Assembly (NCBI GenBank): GCA_045546975.1
Contig: JAZQDV010000010.1
Location: forward strand, 333,121 to 397,120
Direction: 5' to 3'
DNA length: 64,000 nucleotides
Origin: Eubacteriales bacterium
GTDB lineage: Bacteria > Bacillota > Clostridia > Oscillospirales > JAAYXM01
The notes beneath the pieces are model-generated. The model had not been told where the DNA came from and searched no databases. It was given only the letters and a program-made list of their open reading frames with translations. The translations under genes and the position numbers were made by a program. Below, piece by piece: positions 10,309-20,560 of this stretch (positions are counted from its first letter, which is position 1; each line of letters opens with the position of its first letter).

Positions 10309-10321
10309 GAGGGTGTAGGAA

Positions 10322-10597
10322 TTGAAACTTATAAACATAGGTTTTGGTAATATGTTGTCAACAAGTCGCATAATTACGGTAGTAAGCCCGGATTCGGCGC
10401 CGATTAAAAGACTTGTCCAGGAGGCAAAAGAGCGGGGAATGCTCATCGATGCATCTTACGGACGAAGAACGCGTGCAGTTATAATTATGGACAGTGACCA
10501 CGTAATTCTTTCAGCAATTCTACCTGTTTCGATTGCAAGCCGTGTAAACGGAAAAGATGCACTTGAAACACAGGATGAAAATACAAACGAAAAGTAA
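10322..10597 (+). CDS. remA: RemA/DUF370 family regulator
   Basis: [10 protein letters not shown]...[53 protein letters not shown] start. Confidence 0.85.
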   Translation: MKLINIGFGNMLSTSRIITVVSPDSAPIKRLVQEAKERGMLIDASYGRRTRAVIIMDSDHVILSAILPVSIASRVNGKDALETQDENTNEK

Positions 10598-10613
10598 ATT
10601 GGAGGAAACTATT

Positions 10614-10814
10614 ATGATGTTATATCCAGCAATGAATGAGCTTCTTAAGAAGGTTAAAGGAAGATACTTGCTCGTTAACCTTACAGCTCGTCGCGCAAGA
10701 GAAATTGCAGAATATGCAGAAGAAAACGGTGTTGAGCTTTCGAAGAAAGCGGTTAGTCTTGCTGTTGATGAAGTAGCAGAAGGTAAGCTTGGAGCAATAA
10801 CAGAAGAAAACTAG
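10614..10814 (+). CDS. rpoZ: DNA-directed RNA polymerase subunit omega
   Basis: MMLYPAMNELLKKVKGRYLLVNLTARRAREI. ATG at 10614 is preceded by ggagg. The longer track ORF from 10557 overlaps remA and is rejected. Confidence 0.85.
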   Translation: MMLYPAMNELLKKVKGRYLLVNLTARRAREIAEYAEENGVELSKKAVSLAVDEVAEGKLGAITEEN

Positions 10815-10833
10815 TTTTTCGGGGGAAACCGTT

Positions 10834-13308
10834 TTGAACAGGAATAAGCTTGCGGCTTATGTTGTTGTTGAAGCGGCAACATATGCTATCGATAAGCCAT
10901 ATGAATACATAATTCCCGATTCCCTTGAGACGAAGGTCGCAAAGGGAGTCAGGGTTCGTGTCGGCTTTGGACGTGGAAGCCGTAGAACTGAGGGGATAGT
11001 TATTGATGTTCATTCTCTTGCAGATTCGGAAAGAAAGCTTAAGCCGATACTTGAAGTTTTAGACGAGTTTCCTGTTCTTGATGAAAAATTGCTAAAGCTC
11101 GCACTTTATATCAGAGAACAATGCTTCTGTACTTTTTTTGACGTAGCAAAGATTATGCTTCCGTCAGGGCTCTGGCATAAGGTTGATATGCAATATTCGG
11201 GAAATCCCGAGTTTTCATTTGATGATGCAGAAACCCTTGTTTTGGGCATTGAATCCGGAAGTGAAATTGTAAAAACAATTTTCTTCTCAAAAGAGCCGGT
11301 TCGTGAAGGTGAGCTAGAAAGTCTTTATGGCGAAAAAAATGTCAGAAAAGTGATTACTGTACTTGACGGTGCAGGAGCAATAACCAAATCAGAATATATT
11401 GTTCAAAAAATTTCGGACAAGACTGAGAGGCTTGTCCGACTTAGTGTATCAAAAGAGGATATTTTAGAGTATATTTCAAGGAAAAAACCGAAAGAAACTG
11501 TATGTAAGACGCTTGAACTTCTTTTAGATCTCGGGACGGTTTCTGTCCGAGAAATCACATATTTTACGGGTGTTTCGGTTTCCCAACTCAATACCTTGAA
11601 GAAAAACGGAATTATATCGTATGACGTTGCTGAGGTGTACAGACGGCCAAAATCCGAACTTATGTCCTCAAAAACGGAAATTACATTGAACGAGAAACAA
11701 AACGAGGTTTTCGAGAAAATTTCAGAGTATTATTCGGGAGAACCGTCGTGTTCTCTTATTCACGGAGTTACCGGAAGCGGAAAGACGCTTGTTTATTTCA
11801 AGCTTATTGAAAAAGCGATAAGCCTTGGCAAAACCGCGATTCTGTTAGTTCCCGAAATATCGCTCACCCCGCAGCTTTTGCACCGTGTTTACGGTTATTT
11901 TGGTGACCGTACAGCTGTTATGCACAGTGCATTGTCGATTGGTGAGAGATACGACGAATGGAAAAGAATAAAACGCGGAGAGGTGGATGTCGTTGTCGGA
12001 ACGCGTTCGGCAATTTTTTCTCCACTTCAGAATATAGGAATTATAATTCTTGATGAGGAGCAGGAGGATACATATAAGTCCTCGCAGTCTCCGCGCTATC
12101 ATGCGCGAGATGTAGCAAAATACAGATGTGTTCTTGAGGGAGCACAACTTGTGCTTGGCTCTGCAACCCCTTCCGTTGAGAGTATGTATTTTGCAGAAAT
12201 CGGAAAGTATAATCTTTATACATTACCGGAGCGATTTAACAATCAGCCACTTCCGAGAGTTATAATATCTGATCTTCGCAGGTCCCTGCGTAGCGGAAAA
12301 GACCGTGCTATCGGACTTGAGCTAGCAGAGGAACTCAAAAAAAATATTGAAAACGGCGAACAAAGCATACTCTTCCTTAACAGACGTGGCGCGAGCAAGT
12401 TTGTTGTATGTGATGATTGTGAAGAGGTACCAGGGTGTCCTAATTGTAGTGTGCCTCTTGTTTATCACTCAAAAAACGGCAGACTTATGTGTCACCATTG
12501 CGGGTATTCAGAAAAGGCAACGGATGAATGTTCGCACTGTGGCGGAAGGCTTAAGTTTGTCGGGTTTGGGACTCAGAGAGTTGAAGAAGAGCTTTCAGAG
12601 CTTTTCCCGGGTGTCAAGGTGGTAAGAATGGATACAGACACAACTTCGGGCAAAATGTCACACGAGCGGCTTCTCAATAAGTTCAGGGATGAAAGAATTC
12701 CGATTCTTCTCGGAACACAGATGATAACAAAGGGTCTTGATTTTGAAAATGTAACGCTTGTGGGTGTTATATCTGCAGATCAGGCGATATACAACGAAAA
12801 TTACAAAGCAGCGGAAAATGCTTTTTCGCTTATAACACAGGTTGTCGGCCGTGCCGGTCGTGGAGAAAAAGAGGGAAGAGCTGTTATTCAGACATATTCT
12901 CCACATAATACCATCATAGAGACTGCAGCAAAGCAGGACTACAAGGGTTTTTATGATGAGGAGATAGTTTTAAGAAATGCGAGGAGTTTGCCTCCGTTTT
13001 CTGATGTTTTTACGCTTGTTGTTTCTGCAGAAAGCGAAATCGGTGTATTCAATGCCACAAAGACTCTTGCAGAAAAAATCAAATCGGCACTTGCTCTCGA
13101 GTATACCGATGTACCGGCGCGTGTTTTAGGACCGACACCTACGTCTATTGTGAAGGTTAACGGAAAATACAGGTATAAGGTCTCTGTTCGTGCAAAGAAC
13201 GGCAAACGTGTACGCGATATGATATCGAGGATTATAAGGGATTTTATAAACGATAAAAAGAATAAGGATTATAGCATAGTAACTGATGTAAATTCATTTA
13301 ATTTTTAG
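10834..13308 (+). CDS. priA: primosomal protein N' (replication restart helicase PriA)
   Basis: Walker A GVTGSGKT, DEEQ box and Cys-rich zinc-binding insert CPNCSVPLVYH...CHHCG...CSHCG. Confidence 0.95.
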   Translation: MNRNKLAAYVVVEAATYAIDKPYEYIIPDSLETKVAKGVRVRVGFGRGSRRTEGIVIDVHSLADSERKLKPILEVLDEFPVLDEKLLKLALYIREQCFCTFFDVAKIMLPSGLWHKVDMQYSGNPEFSFDDAETLVLGIESGSEIVKTIFFSKEPVREGELESLYGEKNVRKVITVLDGAGAITKSEYIVQKISDKTERLVRLSVSKEDILEYISRKKPKETVCKTLELLLDLGTVSVREITYFTGVSVSQLNTLKKNGIISYDVAEVYRRPKSELMSSKTEITLNEKQNEVFEKISEYYSGEPSCSLIHGVTGSGKTLVYFKLIEKAISLGKTAILLVPEISLTPQLLHRVYGYFGDRTAVMHSALSIGERYDEWKRIKRGEVDVVVGTRSAIFSPLQNIGIIILDEEQEDTYKSSQSPRYHARDVAKYRCVLEGAQLVLGSATPSVESMYFAEIGKYNLYTLPERFNNQPLPRVIISDLRRSLRSGKDRAIGLELAEELKKNIENGEQSILFLNRRGASKFVVCDDCEEVPGCPNCSVPLVYHSKNGRLMCHHCGYSEKATDECSHCGGRLKFVGFGTQRVEEELSELFPGVKVVRMDTDTTSGKMSHERLLNKFRDERIPILLGTQMITKGLDFENVTLVGVISADQAIYNENYKAAENAFSLITQVVGRAGRGEKEGRAVIQTYSPHNTIIETAAKQDYKGFYDEEIVLRNARSLPPFSDVFTLVVSAESEIGVFNATKTLAEKIKSALALEYTDVPARVLGPTPTSIVKVNGKYRYKVSVRAKNGKRVRDMISRIIRDFINDKKNKDYSIVTDVNSFNF

Positions 13309-13319
13309 GAGAAAAAGAA

Positions 13320-13775
13320 ATGGCTTTAAGAAATATTGTTCAGGACGGTGACCCCGTTTTAAGGAAAACTTGCCGAGAGGTTACGGAGTTTAATGAGCGT
13401 CTTCATATTCTGCTTGACGATATGAAGGAAACGCTTATAGAAGCAAACGGTGCAGGTCTTGCCGCACCGCAAGTGGGAGTGCTTAAGAGAGTTGCTGTCG
13501 TAAGTGTTGATGACGTATATCTGGAACTTGTAAACCCTGTGATTATAGAGACTGAAGGTGAGGAAACCTTGCCTGAGGGATGCCTTAGCATACCCGGCGT
13601 TTGCGGAACTGTCAGTCGTCCGTATAAGGTTACGGTAAGGGCTCAGGACAGATTTGGAAATGAGTTTACCGCAACGGGAGAGGAAATACTTGCCCGTGCT
13701 TTCTGTCATGAAATCGACCATCTCGACGGAGTTTTATTTAAGGACAAAATCATAGATTATTACGAGCAGGATTAA
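13320..13775 (+). CDS. def: peptide deformylase
   Basis: Motifs GAGLAAPQVG, EGCLSIPG and HEIDHLDG. Confidence 0.95.
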   Translation: MALRNIVQDGDPVLRKTCREVTEFNERLHILLDDMKETLIEANGAGLAAPQVGVLKRVAVVSVDDVYLELVNPVIIETEGEETLPEGCLSIPGVCGTVSRPYKVTVRAQDRFGNEFTATGEEILARAFCHEIDHLDGVLFKDKIIDYYEQD

Positions 13776-13797
13776 GGAAAGGATTCGGCGATTCAAT

Positions 13798-14721
13798 ATG
13801 AAAATTCTATATATGGGTACTCCTGATTTTGCCGTATTACCCTTACAAAAACTTATTGACAAAGGTCACGATATCGTCGGTGTTGTTACTCGGGAGGATA
13901 AACCGAAAGGTCGCGGCATGAAGGTGATTATGACGCCTGTAAAGGAATTCGCCTCTACAGGTGGAATCGAGGTTTTTCAACCGAAAACGCTTAAGGACGG
14001 AGCTTTTTTGGAGGTTTTGGAAAAGCTTAATCCCGAAATCATAGTTGTTGTTGCATACGGAAAAATTTTACCCAAGTATATTCTTGATTTTCCAAAGTAC
14101 GGATGTGTTAATCTCCATGCTTCTCTACTTCCGAAATATAGGGGAAGTGCTCCGATTCAACATGCAGTACTAAACGGAGATAAGGTTTCGGGTGTTACAA
14201 CCATGCTTATGAATGAGGGACTTGATACCGGAGATATTCTCCTGCAGGAAGAAGTTGCTCTTTTGCCCGATGAAACTTCAGAAAGCCTTTTTGATAAGCT
14301 TTCAGTTGTGGGTTCTGAGCTTTTGGTTAAGACGGTCGATGATATTTTTGAGGGAAAAGTAAATCCGACAAAGCAAAATAATGATGAGGCGACCTATGCA
14401 CCGCCGATTCTGAAAGAAAATGCAAAAGTCGCATGGGATAAAACATCCGAGGAAATTTCAAATCTTGTTCGCGGTAGTTTTTCCTGGCCGATTGCATATA
14501 CCGACAGCGATATAGGAAGAATTAAGATATACGCTGCCGGAATCGGCACCGGAAAGGGAAAACCCGGTGAGGTTCTGGGACTTTCGGGAAACGCTCTTGA
14601 GGTGGCGACATTGGATGGAAGTATTCTCATCTCACTTTTCCAGGTAGAGAGCGGAAAACGGATGTCTCCTGCGGATTATTTCAGGGGCCATGCTAAAATC
14701 GACGGAACTTTTTTAAGATAA
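13798..14721 (+). CDS. fmt: methionyl-tRNA formyltransferase
   Basis: MKILYMGTPDFAV, NLHASLLPKYRGSAPIQ. Adjacent to def. Confidence 0.95.
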   Translation: MKILYMGTPDFAVLPLQKLIDKGHDIVGVVTREDKPKGRGMKVIMTPVKEFASTGGIEVFQPKTLKDGAFLEVLEKLNPEIIVVVAYGKILPKYILDFPKYGCVNLHASLLPKYRGSAPIQHAVLNGDKVSGVTTMLMNEGLDTGDILLQEEVALLPDETSESLFDKLSVVGSELLVKTVDDIFEGKVNPTKQNNDEATYAPPILKENAKVAWDKTSEEISNLVRGSFSWPIAYTDSDIGRIKIYAAGIGTGKGKPGEVLGLSGNALEVATLDGSILISLFQVESGKRMSPADYFRGHAKIDGTFLR

Positions 14722-14735
14722 TATGAGGTGATTTT

Positions 14736-15440
14736 ATGTTCCCATATTTTTACGGTATTGATATAACGTATATTGTTTTGGTTTTACCTGCCGTTATTTT
14801 TGCAATGATTATGCAGTCAAGAGTAACAAGTACGTTTTCAAAATATTCAAAGTTCAAAAATGCGAACGGTTTAACGGGTGCACAGGTGGCTGAGCGCATG
14901 CTTTCTTCTTTTGGAATAACGGATGTGAGAATTGAAAGAGTTTCAGGAAATCTCACTGACCATTTTGACCCAAAAGCGAAGGTAATACGTCTTTCAGAGG
15001 CTGTATATGACTCAAACTCTGTAGCCGCTTGTGGCGTTGCAGCTCACGAATGTGGCCATGCTGCGCAGTATGCAGAAAGCTACGGCCCGATAAAGCTTCG
15101 CAATGCGATAATCCCTGTATGTCAGATAGGTTCGACATTATCGATGCCGCTTATTTTGCTCGGGTTTATTTTCTCGGCACAACCGCTCGTAAATATAGGA
15201 ATAGTATTCTTTGCCCTTGCAACGCTCTTCCAGCTCATAACCCTCCCTGTGGAGTTCAATGCCTCTCGTAGAGCACTTGCGACACTTGAGGGGTCAAATA
15301 TCCTTTTTGGTGAAGAAAACGATGCGGCAAAGAAGGTTCTTTCTGCGGCAGCGATGACGTATGTTGCAGCACTTGCGGTTTCGTTGATGCAGCTTTTGAG
15401 GCTTTTACTTATTTTTGGCGGAAGAGGAAGGCGAGACTGA
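14736..15440 (+). CDS. membrane zinc metallopeptidase (Zn_peptidase_2 family)
   Basis: HECGHA zinc motif flanked by TM helices. Conserved position between fmt and rsmB. Confidence 0.8.
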   Translation: MFPYFYGIDITYIVLVLPAVIFAMIMQSRVTSTFSKYSKFKNANGLTGAQVAERMLSSFGITDVRIERVSGNLTDHFDPKAKVIRLSEAVYDSNSVAACGVAAHECGHAAQYAESYGPIKLRNAIIPVCQIGSTLSMPLILLGFIFSAQPLVNIGIVFFALATLFQLITLPVEFNASRRALATLEGSNILFGEENDAAKKVLSAAAMTYVAALAVSLMQLLRLLLIFGGRGRRD

Positions 15441-16766
15441 TTGAAAAAGATGGACGCAAGAGATGTTGCGATTTCGGCCATAACGGCTTTTCGGAAACGC
15501 AATGCCTGGTCAGACGGGTTTCTTAGAAATAAAATCAGGGAAGAAGAGCTCTCTGGCCGTGATGCGGCTCTTGCCACATCTATCGTAAACGGCGTTTTAG
15601 AGAACTCATTGCTTCTCAACTTCTATATCGGAAAATTCTCATCAATCAAGTTTAATAAAATTTCACCCGGAATTCTTGATATATTGCAGATGGCGGTGTA
15701 TCAGATACTTTTTCTGGATAGAATCCCCGATTCTGCGGCAGTTAATGATGCCGTCACACGGGCAAGAAGGAACAATCCCCGTGCGGCAGGTTTTGTCAAT
15801 GCCGTAACACGCAAGATTTCTGCAGAAAAGGATAATTTACCCGAAATTTCAGGTAAAAACGAAGAAGTGCTTTCGATAAAGTACAGCCACCCCATACAGC
15901 TTGTCAATAAGCTTGTCTCGGAGTATGGGTTTGAAACAACTGAAAAGATACTTTGTGCGAACAATACTCCGGCAAAGGTTAAGGCAAGAGTAAATACGTT
16001 AAGAACGACGACGGAACAACTCCTTGAAAAATATTGCGAAAAGGAAGGATTTTCACTTTCACCTGCAGGAATTCCAGATGCTGTTTGTGTGAAGTTTTCG
16101 GGGAATATTGAAAAGGAAGACGTTTATAAAAACGGTATGCTTCACATACAGGATACGGCAAGCCAGATAGCGGCGCTTACCCTTGCGCCAAAGAAGGGTT
16201 CACGCGTCCTTGATGCATGCGCAGCTCCCGGAGGAAAGTCTTTTACAATTGCTGAGAATATGCAAAACGAAGGAGAGGTTATCTCCTGTGATATATATGA
16301 GCATAAGCTCAATCTTATCAGGGATGGCGCAAAAAGGCTTGGAATCAATATAATTACCCCAACGCTTTCCGATGCCTCTGAATATAAAGAGGAGTATGAA
16401 AAAGCTTTTGATTATGTTTTGGCCGACGTTCCGTGTTCTGGTCTTGGAATTATCAGAAAAAAACCTGACATAAGGTATAAAGACATCGAAGAAATAAAAA
16501 ATCTTCCGGATATACAGAAAAAGATTCTTTCAAATGTTTCAAGGTATGTTAAGCCTGGTGGAACGCTTGTCTATTCAACCTGCACGATTATATCTGATGA
16601 AAACAGTAACGTTATCGAAAACTTTCTTGAAAAGAACAATGACTTTTCTGAGGAAAAGGAGTATATCCCGCTCGACAGTATTGAAAGCAAGTACGGACGC
16701 ACGTTTGTTCAGGGTCTTTCTGAAACGGACGGATTTTACATTTGCAAACTCAGGAGGCACAAATGA
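15441..16766 (+). CDS. rsmB: 16S rRNA (cytosine967-C5)-methyltransferase
   Basis: NusB-like N-terminal domain followed by the SAM MTase motifs DACAAPGGKS, DVPCSGLG and VYSTCT. Confidence 0.9.
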   Translation: MKKMDARDVAISAITAFRKRNAWSDGFLRNKIREEELSGRDAALATSIVNGVLENSLLLNFYIGKFSSIKFNKISPGILDILQMAVYQILFLDRIPDSAAVNDAVTRARRNNPRAAGFVNAVTRKISAEKDNLPEISGKNEEVLSIKYSHPIQLVNKLVSEYGFETTEKILCANNTPAKVKARVNTLRTTTEQLLEKYCEKEGFSLSPAGIPDAVCVKFSGNIEKEDVYKNGMLHIQDTASQIAALTLAPKKGSRVLDACAAPGGKSFTIAENMQNEGEVISCDIYEHKLNLIRDGAKRLGINIITPTLSDASEYKEEYEKAFDYVLADVPCSGLGIIRKKPDIRYKDIEEIKNLPDIQKKILSNVSRYVKPGGTLVYSTCTIISDENSNVIENFLEKNNDFSEEKEYIPLDSIESKYGRTFVQGLSETDGFYICKLRRHK

Positions 16767-17788
16767 TTGATATTCGTTCGATGAACTTTTGCGAAGTTGC
16801 AGAATACATAGCCTCACTCGGACAACCAAAATTCAGGGCAGAACAGGTTTTTACCTGGCTTCACAGAGGAATTGTCTCTTTCGATGAAATGACAAATATT
16901 CCAAAAGCGCTCAGGGAAAAGCTTCAGTCTGACTGCGACCTGAATGTTTGCGAATGTGTAAGGTGTCAGGTATCAAAAACCGACGGAACAAGAAAGTATC
17001 TGTTCAGGTTCAGTGACGGAAACTGTGTTGAAGCCGTTTTCATGAAATACAACCACGGCAATACCGTTTGCGTTTCGACGCAGGTGGGCTGCCGTATGGG
17101 ATGCGTGTTTTGTGCATCGACAAAAAATGGACTTATAAGAAATCTGCTTCCGTCCGAGATTCTTTCAGAGCTTTTTGCGATTATCCGTGATACGGGTGAA
17201 AAGATATCAAATATAGTTCTTATGGGAACCGGAGAGCCACTTGATAACTACGACAATGTAATTAAGTTTTTGCACCTCGTTAACGATGAACGCGGACTCA
17301 ATATAGGAATGCGACACATTTCGCTGTCGACCTGTGGTCTTTGCGATAAAATAAGAAAGCTAACAGAGGAAAAGCTTCCGATAACGCTTTCGGTTTCGTT
17401 GCATGCACCTACGGATGAGGCGCGAAATGCTATTATGCCGATAAATAAAGCATACGGAATCAAACGCCTTATAGATGAATGCAGGGCATATTTTGATGCA
17501 ACATCAAGGAGGATATCCTTTGAATATACGATGATTGCAGGACACACCGACACGATGGAACTTGCGACGGAACTCGCAACTCTTTTGAAGGGTTTTCCGT
17601 GTCATGTGAACCTGATTCCGCTTAATAAAATCAGCGAGGGAGAACTTTCGCCGAGTACTCCCGAGCAGATCCGGAAATTCAAGGAGTTTCTTGAAAAAAG
17701 AGGTATAACGGTTACCGTAAGAAGAAGTCTGGGCGCTGATATTGATGCGGCGTGTGGTCAGCTCAGACAAAAGTATATTTCAGAATAA
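16763..17788 (+). CDS. rlmN: 23S rRNA/tRNA (adenine-C2)-methyltransferase, radical SAM
   Basis: CRMGCVFCAS radical-SAM cluster motif, GTGEPLDN. ATG at 16763 overlaps the rsmB stop (atga). Confidence 0.95.
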   Translation: MIDIRSMNFCEVAEYIASLGQPKFRAEQVFTWLHRGIVSFDEMTNIPKALREKLQSDCDLNVCECVRCQVSKTDGTRKYLFRFSDGNCVEAVFMKYNHGNTVCVSTQVGCRMGCVFCASTKNGLIRNLLPSEILSELFAIIRDTGEKISNIVLMGTGEPLDNYDNVIKFLHLVNDERGLNIGMRHISLSTCGLCDKIRKLTEEKLPITLSVSLHAPTDEARNAIMPINKAYGIKRLIDECRAYFDATSRRISFEYTMIAGHTDTMELATELATLLKGFPCHVNLIPLNKISEGELSPSTPEQIRKFKEFLEKRGITVTVRRSLGADIDAACGQLRQKYISE

Positions 17789-17848
17789 ATTTTGGCTTAT
17801 TCGTCGGCCGTAAGGACGATACTGCTTTTGCAGAATTTGGAGAAAATT

Positions 17849-18583
17849 ATGTTTGCTTGGGGACAATCCGATATCGGAAAAGCAAGAAAGGATAATCAGG
17901 ATTCCTACGCATACAGTGTGGCGGATGCGAAAAAGCTTGCGTTTGCAGTTGTGTGCGACGGAATGGGCGGTGCTGCTGCGGGAAATGTCGCAAGTCAGCT
18001 CGCGATTGAAGACTTCACGAACACCATTCGTGAAGTGGATTCTAAAAACCTTTCAAATGAACAGCTTTTTAATTTGCTTGAAACCGCTGTCAACAATGCC
18101 AACACAAAGGTGTATACAGAAGCGCGTGCAAGTCGTGAGCTTCACGGCATGGGAACAACGCTTGTAGGTGTTGTTAGCGTCGGTACAAAGGTAGCTGTTG
18201 TAAATGTTGGTGATAGCAGAGCATATAAGATTACAGCGGACGGGATATCAAAAATAACCCGTGACCACTCACTCGTTGAGGATATGCTTATCATGGGTGA
18301 GCTTACTGACGAACAGGCAAGGGAACACCCCGGAAAAAACCTTATAACCCGCGCGGTTGGAACAGACAGTTCAGTAGTCGGAGATGTGTATTTTCCAAAA
18401 ATCAAGAAGGGAGAGTTCATCCTTCTTTGCTCGGACGGACTTTCAAATCTTGTTACGGAGCAGGAAATGCTCTATGAGGTTTTGCACGGTGGAGAGAACT
18501 CGGAATGTTGTAAGAGACTTATTGATATAGCAAACAACAGAGGCGGATATGACAATATCACCGTTGTTTTGCTCGCGTTTTAG
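17849..18583 (+). CDS. prpC: PP2C-family Ser/Thr protein phosphatase
   Basis: GQSDIGKARKDNQDS, VCDGMGG, CSDGLSN, GGYDNITVV. Start moved to ATG 17849. Confidence 0.9.
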   Translation: MFAWGQSDIGKARKDNQDSYAYSVADAKKLAFAVVCDGMGGAAAGNVASQLAIEDFTNTIREVDSKNLSNEQLFNLLETAVNNANTKVYTEARASRELHGMGTTLVGVVSVGTKVAVVNVGDSRAYKITADGISKITRDHSLVEDMLIMGELTDEQAREHPGKNLITRAVGTDSSVVGDVYFPKIKKGEFILLCSDGLSNLVTEQEMLYEVLHGGENSECCKRLIDIANNRGGYDNITVVLLAF

Positions 18584-18598
18584 GGGGAGGAAAAAGCT

Positions 18599-20557
18599 AT
18601 GACTGATAAATACATAGGCAAACTTCTTGATAACAGATATGAGATACTTGAGGTGATCGGCAACGGTGGGATGGCTGTTGTCTATAAAGCACTTTGCCAT
18701 AGACTCAACAGACACGTCGCAGTAAAGATACTCAAGGACGAATATGCAAAGGATGAGGAGTTCAGAAACAGATTCCGCGCGGAAAGCCACGCTGTTGCGA
18801 TGCTTTCCCATCCCAATATTGTTGCAGTTTATGATGTTTCGCGTTCAAACTCCATTGAGTATATTGTCATGGAGCTTATAGACGGAATGACCCTTAAGCA
18901 GTACATAGAGCGTAGAGGAAAGGTAACACAGAAGGAAGCTATCCATTTTGTGACACAGATTCTGAAAGGTCTTTCGCACGCCCACTCAAAAGGAATTATA
19001 CACAGGGATATAAAGCCTCACAACATAATGCTTTTGCGCGATAGTACGGTTAAGGTTGCTGACTTCGGTATTGCGAGACTTGAATCTTCTCAGAAGACTG
19101 TAACAAGAGAGGCTTTCGGCTCAGTACACTATATAGCCCCCGAACAGGCAAAAGGAAGCCATATAGACTGCAGAGCAGATATATATTCAACGGGCGTTGT
19201 ACTCTATGAAATGCTTACCGGAAGACTTCCGTATGAGGGAGATACCCCCGTTGCGATTGCGATTCAGCACATAAATTCTTTACCTCTCAGTCCTCGAGAA
19301 ATCAACCCTGAGATTCCTGAGGCACTCGAGAAGATTACAATGAAGGCAATGGCACCGACCCCGGCAAAACGTTATTCATCCGCAGATGAGATGATATTTG
19401 ACCTTGAAGAATACAGAAGAAATCCGGAAATTGAAATAGCATATAATCCTCCTGTAAAGACAAACGAGGAAGATTTATCCCAGACCAAGCCGATTGTTAT
19501 TCCAAAAGTGGAAGAAGAATTTGACGATGAAGAGGAAGAAAACGGCGACATCAAGAGCAAGCTTTTTGCAAAGCTTCCGCTTATCACAACCGTTGCTGCA
19601 GGTATTATATTCATCATAGGTCTCATTTCACTTATAGGTGCAATCTTCCCGTCAGGAAAAGATTCAAACAAGCTTAAAACACCTGACGTTCTTGGAATGA
19701 CCATCGAAGAAGCTGCTGAAAAATACGACAAGTTTGAAATTATTGAGGCAGATATCCACAAGAGAGAGTACAGTTCTGAATTTGGAGAGGGCAAAATTAT
19801 TAAGCAGCGCCCGGCAAAGGAAGAAAAGAACTCCTCGGGTAAAATTTATGTAACAATAAGCAAAGGAAAAAAAGAGGAAGACGGCATTGAGCTTCCTGAC
19901 CTTACAAATATAAGCGAGAATCAAGCCAAGATTCTCCTTGACCGTGAAGGGCTTCGATACAATATTGAGCGGGAAAACTCCGACGAAATCGAAGAAGGAC
20001 ACGTTATCAAAACTGACCCGGCAGCAGAGAGTACACTTAATTCCGGTGACTCAGTTACCCTATACATAAGTCTTGGCAAAGAAACTGAAGAGATAGAAGT
20101 ACCAAAGATCATCGGACTTTCTGAGTCAGAGGCAATCAAGGCACTTGAAGACGCTGAACTTGTTGTTGGAAGTATCGGCAGAGAGAATAGTGATTCAGTT
20201 GAAAAAGGCAAGGTAATCAGACAGGATGTAACAGCGGGAAATAAGCTTGAAAAAGGTGCAGGCGTTGGTTTTACAGTAAGTAACGGACCAAAGAAAGAAA
20301 CTTCAGGCGAAGGTGATTCTACTCCGACCGTATCACCAACAGACAGTAAAGTGAAAATTACAAGAGCTATCAGGTTACCCGCGGAGCCGGAAAGCTTCTC
20401 AGTGAAGATTACAGTAAACGGTGAGACTCAGTACGAGAAAACACATAAGGGAACAGACGGTTCTGTAAACGTGTCTTTGACGGGAAAAGGAACAGCTACA
20501 GTCTGCGTTTATATCGATGGCACGTTGATTCAGGAAATACCGATGGAATTCAAATAA
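18599..20557 (+). CDS. prkC: Ser/Thr protein kinase with three PASTA repeats
   Basis: Hanks kinase motifs GNGGMAVVYKA, HRDIKPHN, DFG and APE. One TM helix, then three ~65-aa PASTA-like repeats and a C-terminal beta domain. Confidence 0.95.
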   Translation: MTDKYIGKLLDNRYEILEVIGNGGMAVVYKALCHRLNRHVAVKILKDEYAKDEEFRNRFRAESHAVAMLSHPNIVAVYDVSRSNSIEYIVMELIDGMTLKQYIERRGKVTQKEAIHFVTQILKGLSHAHSKGIIHRDIKPHNIMLLRDSTVKVADFGIARLESSQKTVTREAFGSVHYIAPEQAKGSHIDCRADIYSTGVVLYEMLTGRLPYEGDTPVAIAIQHINSLPLSPREINPEIPEALEKITMKAMAPTPAKRYSSADEMIFDLEEYRRNPEIEIAYNPPVKTNEEDLSQTKPIVIPKVEEEFDDEEEENGDIKSKLFAKLPLITTVAAGIIFIIGLISLIGAIFPSGKDSNKLKTPDVLGMTIEEAAEKYDKFEIIEADIHKREYSSEFGEGKIIKQRPAKEEKNSSGKIYVTISKGKKEEDGIELPDLTNISENQAKILLDREGLRYNIERENSDEIEEGHVIKTDPAAESTLNSGDSVTLYISLGKETEEIEVPKIIGLSESEAIKALEDAELVVGSIGRENSDSVEKGKVIRQDVTAGNKLEKGAGVGFTVSNGPKKETSGEGDSTPTVSPTDSKVKITRAIRLPAEPESFSVKITVNGETQYEKTHKGTDGSVNVSLTGKGTATVCVYIDGTLIQEIPMEFK

Positions 20558-20560
20558 GCT

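Noticed and set aside
10557-10613. Longer rpoZ ORF start overlapping remA
   Set aside because: The extension has no SD and encodes non-conserved sequence. The ATG at 10614 follows ggagg and gives the canonical omega N-terminus.
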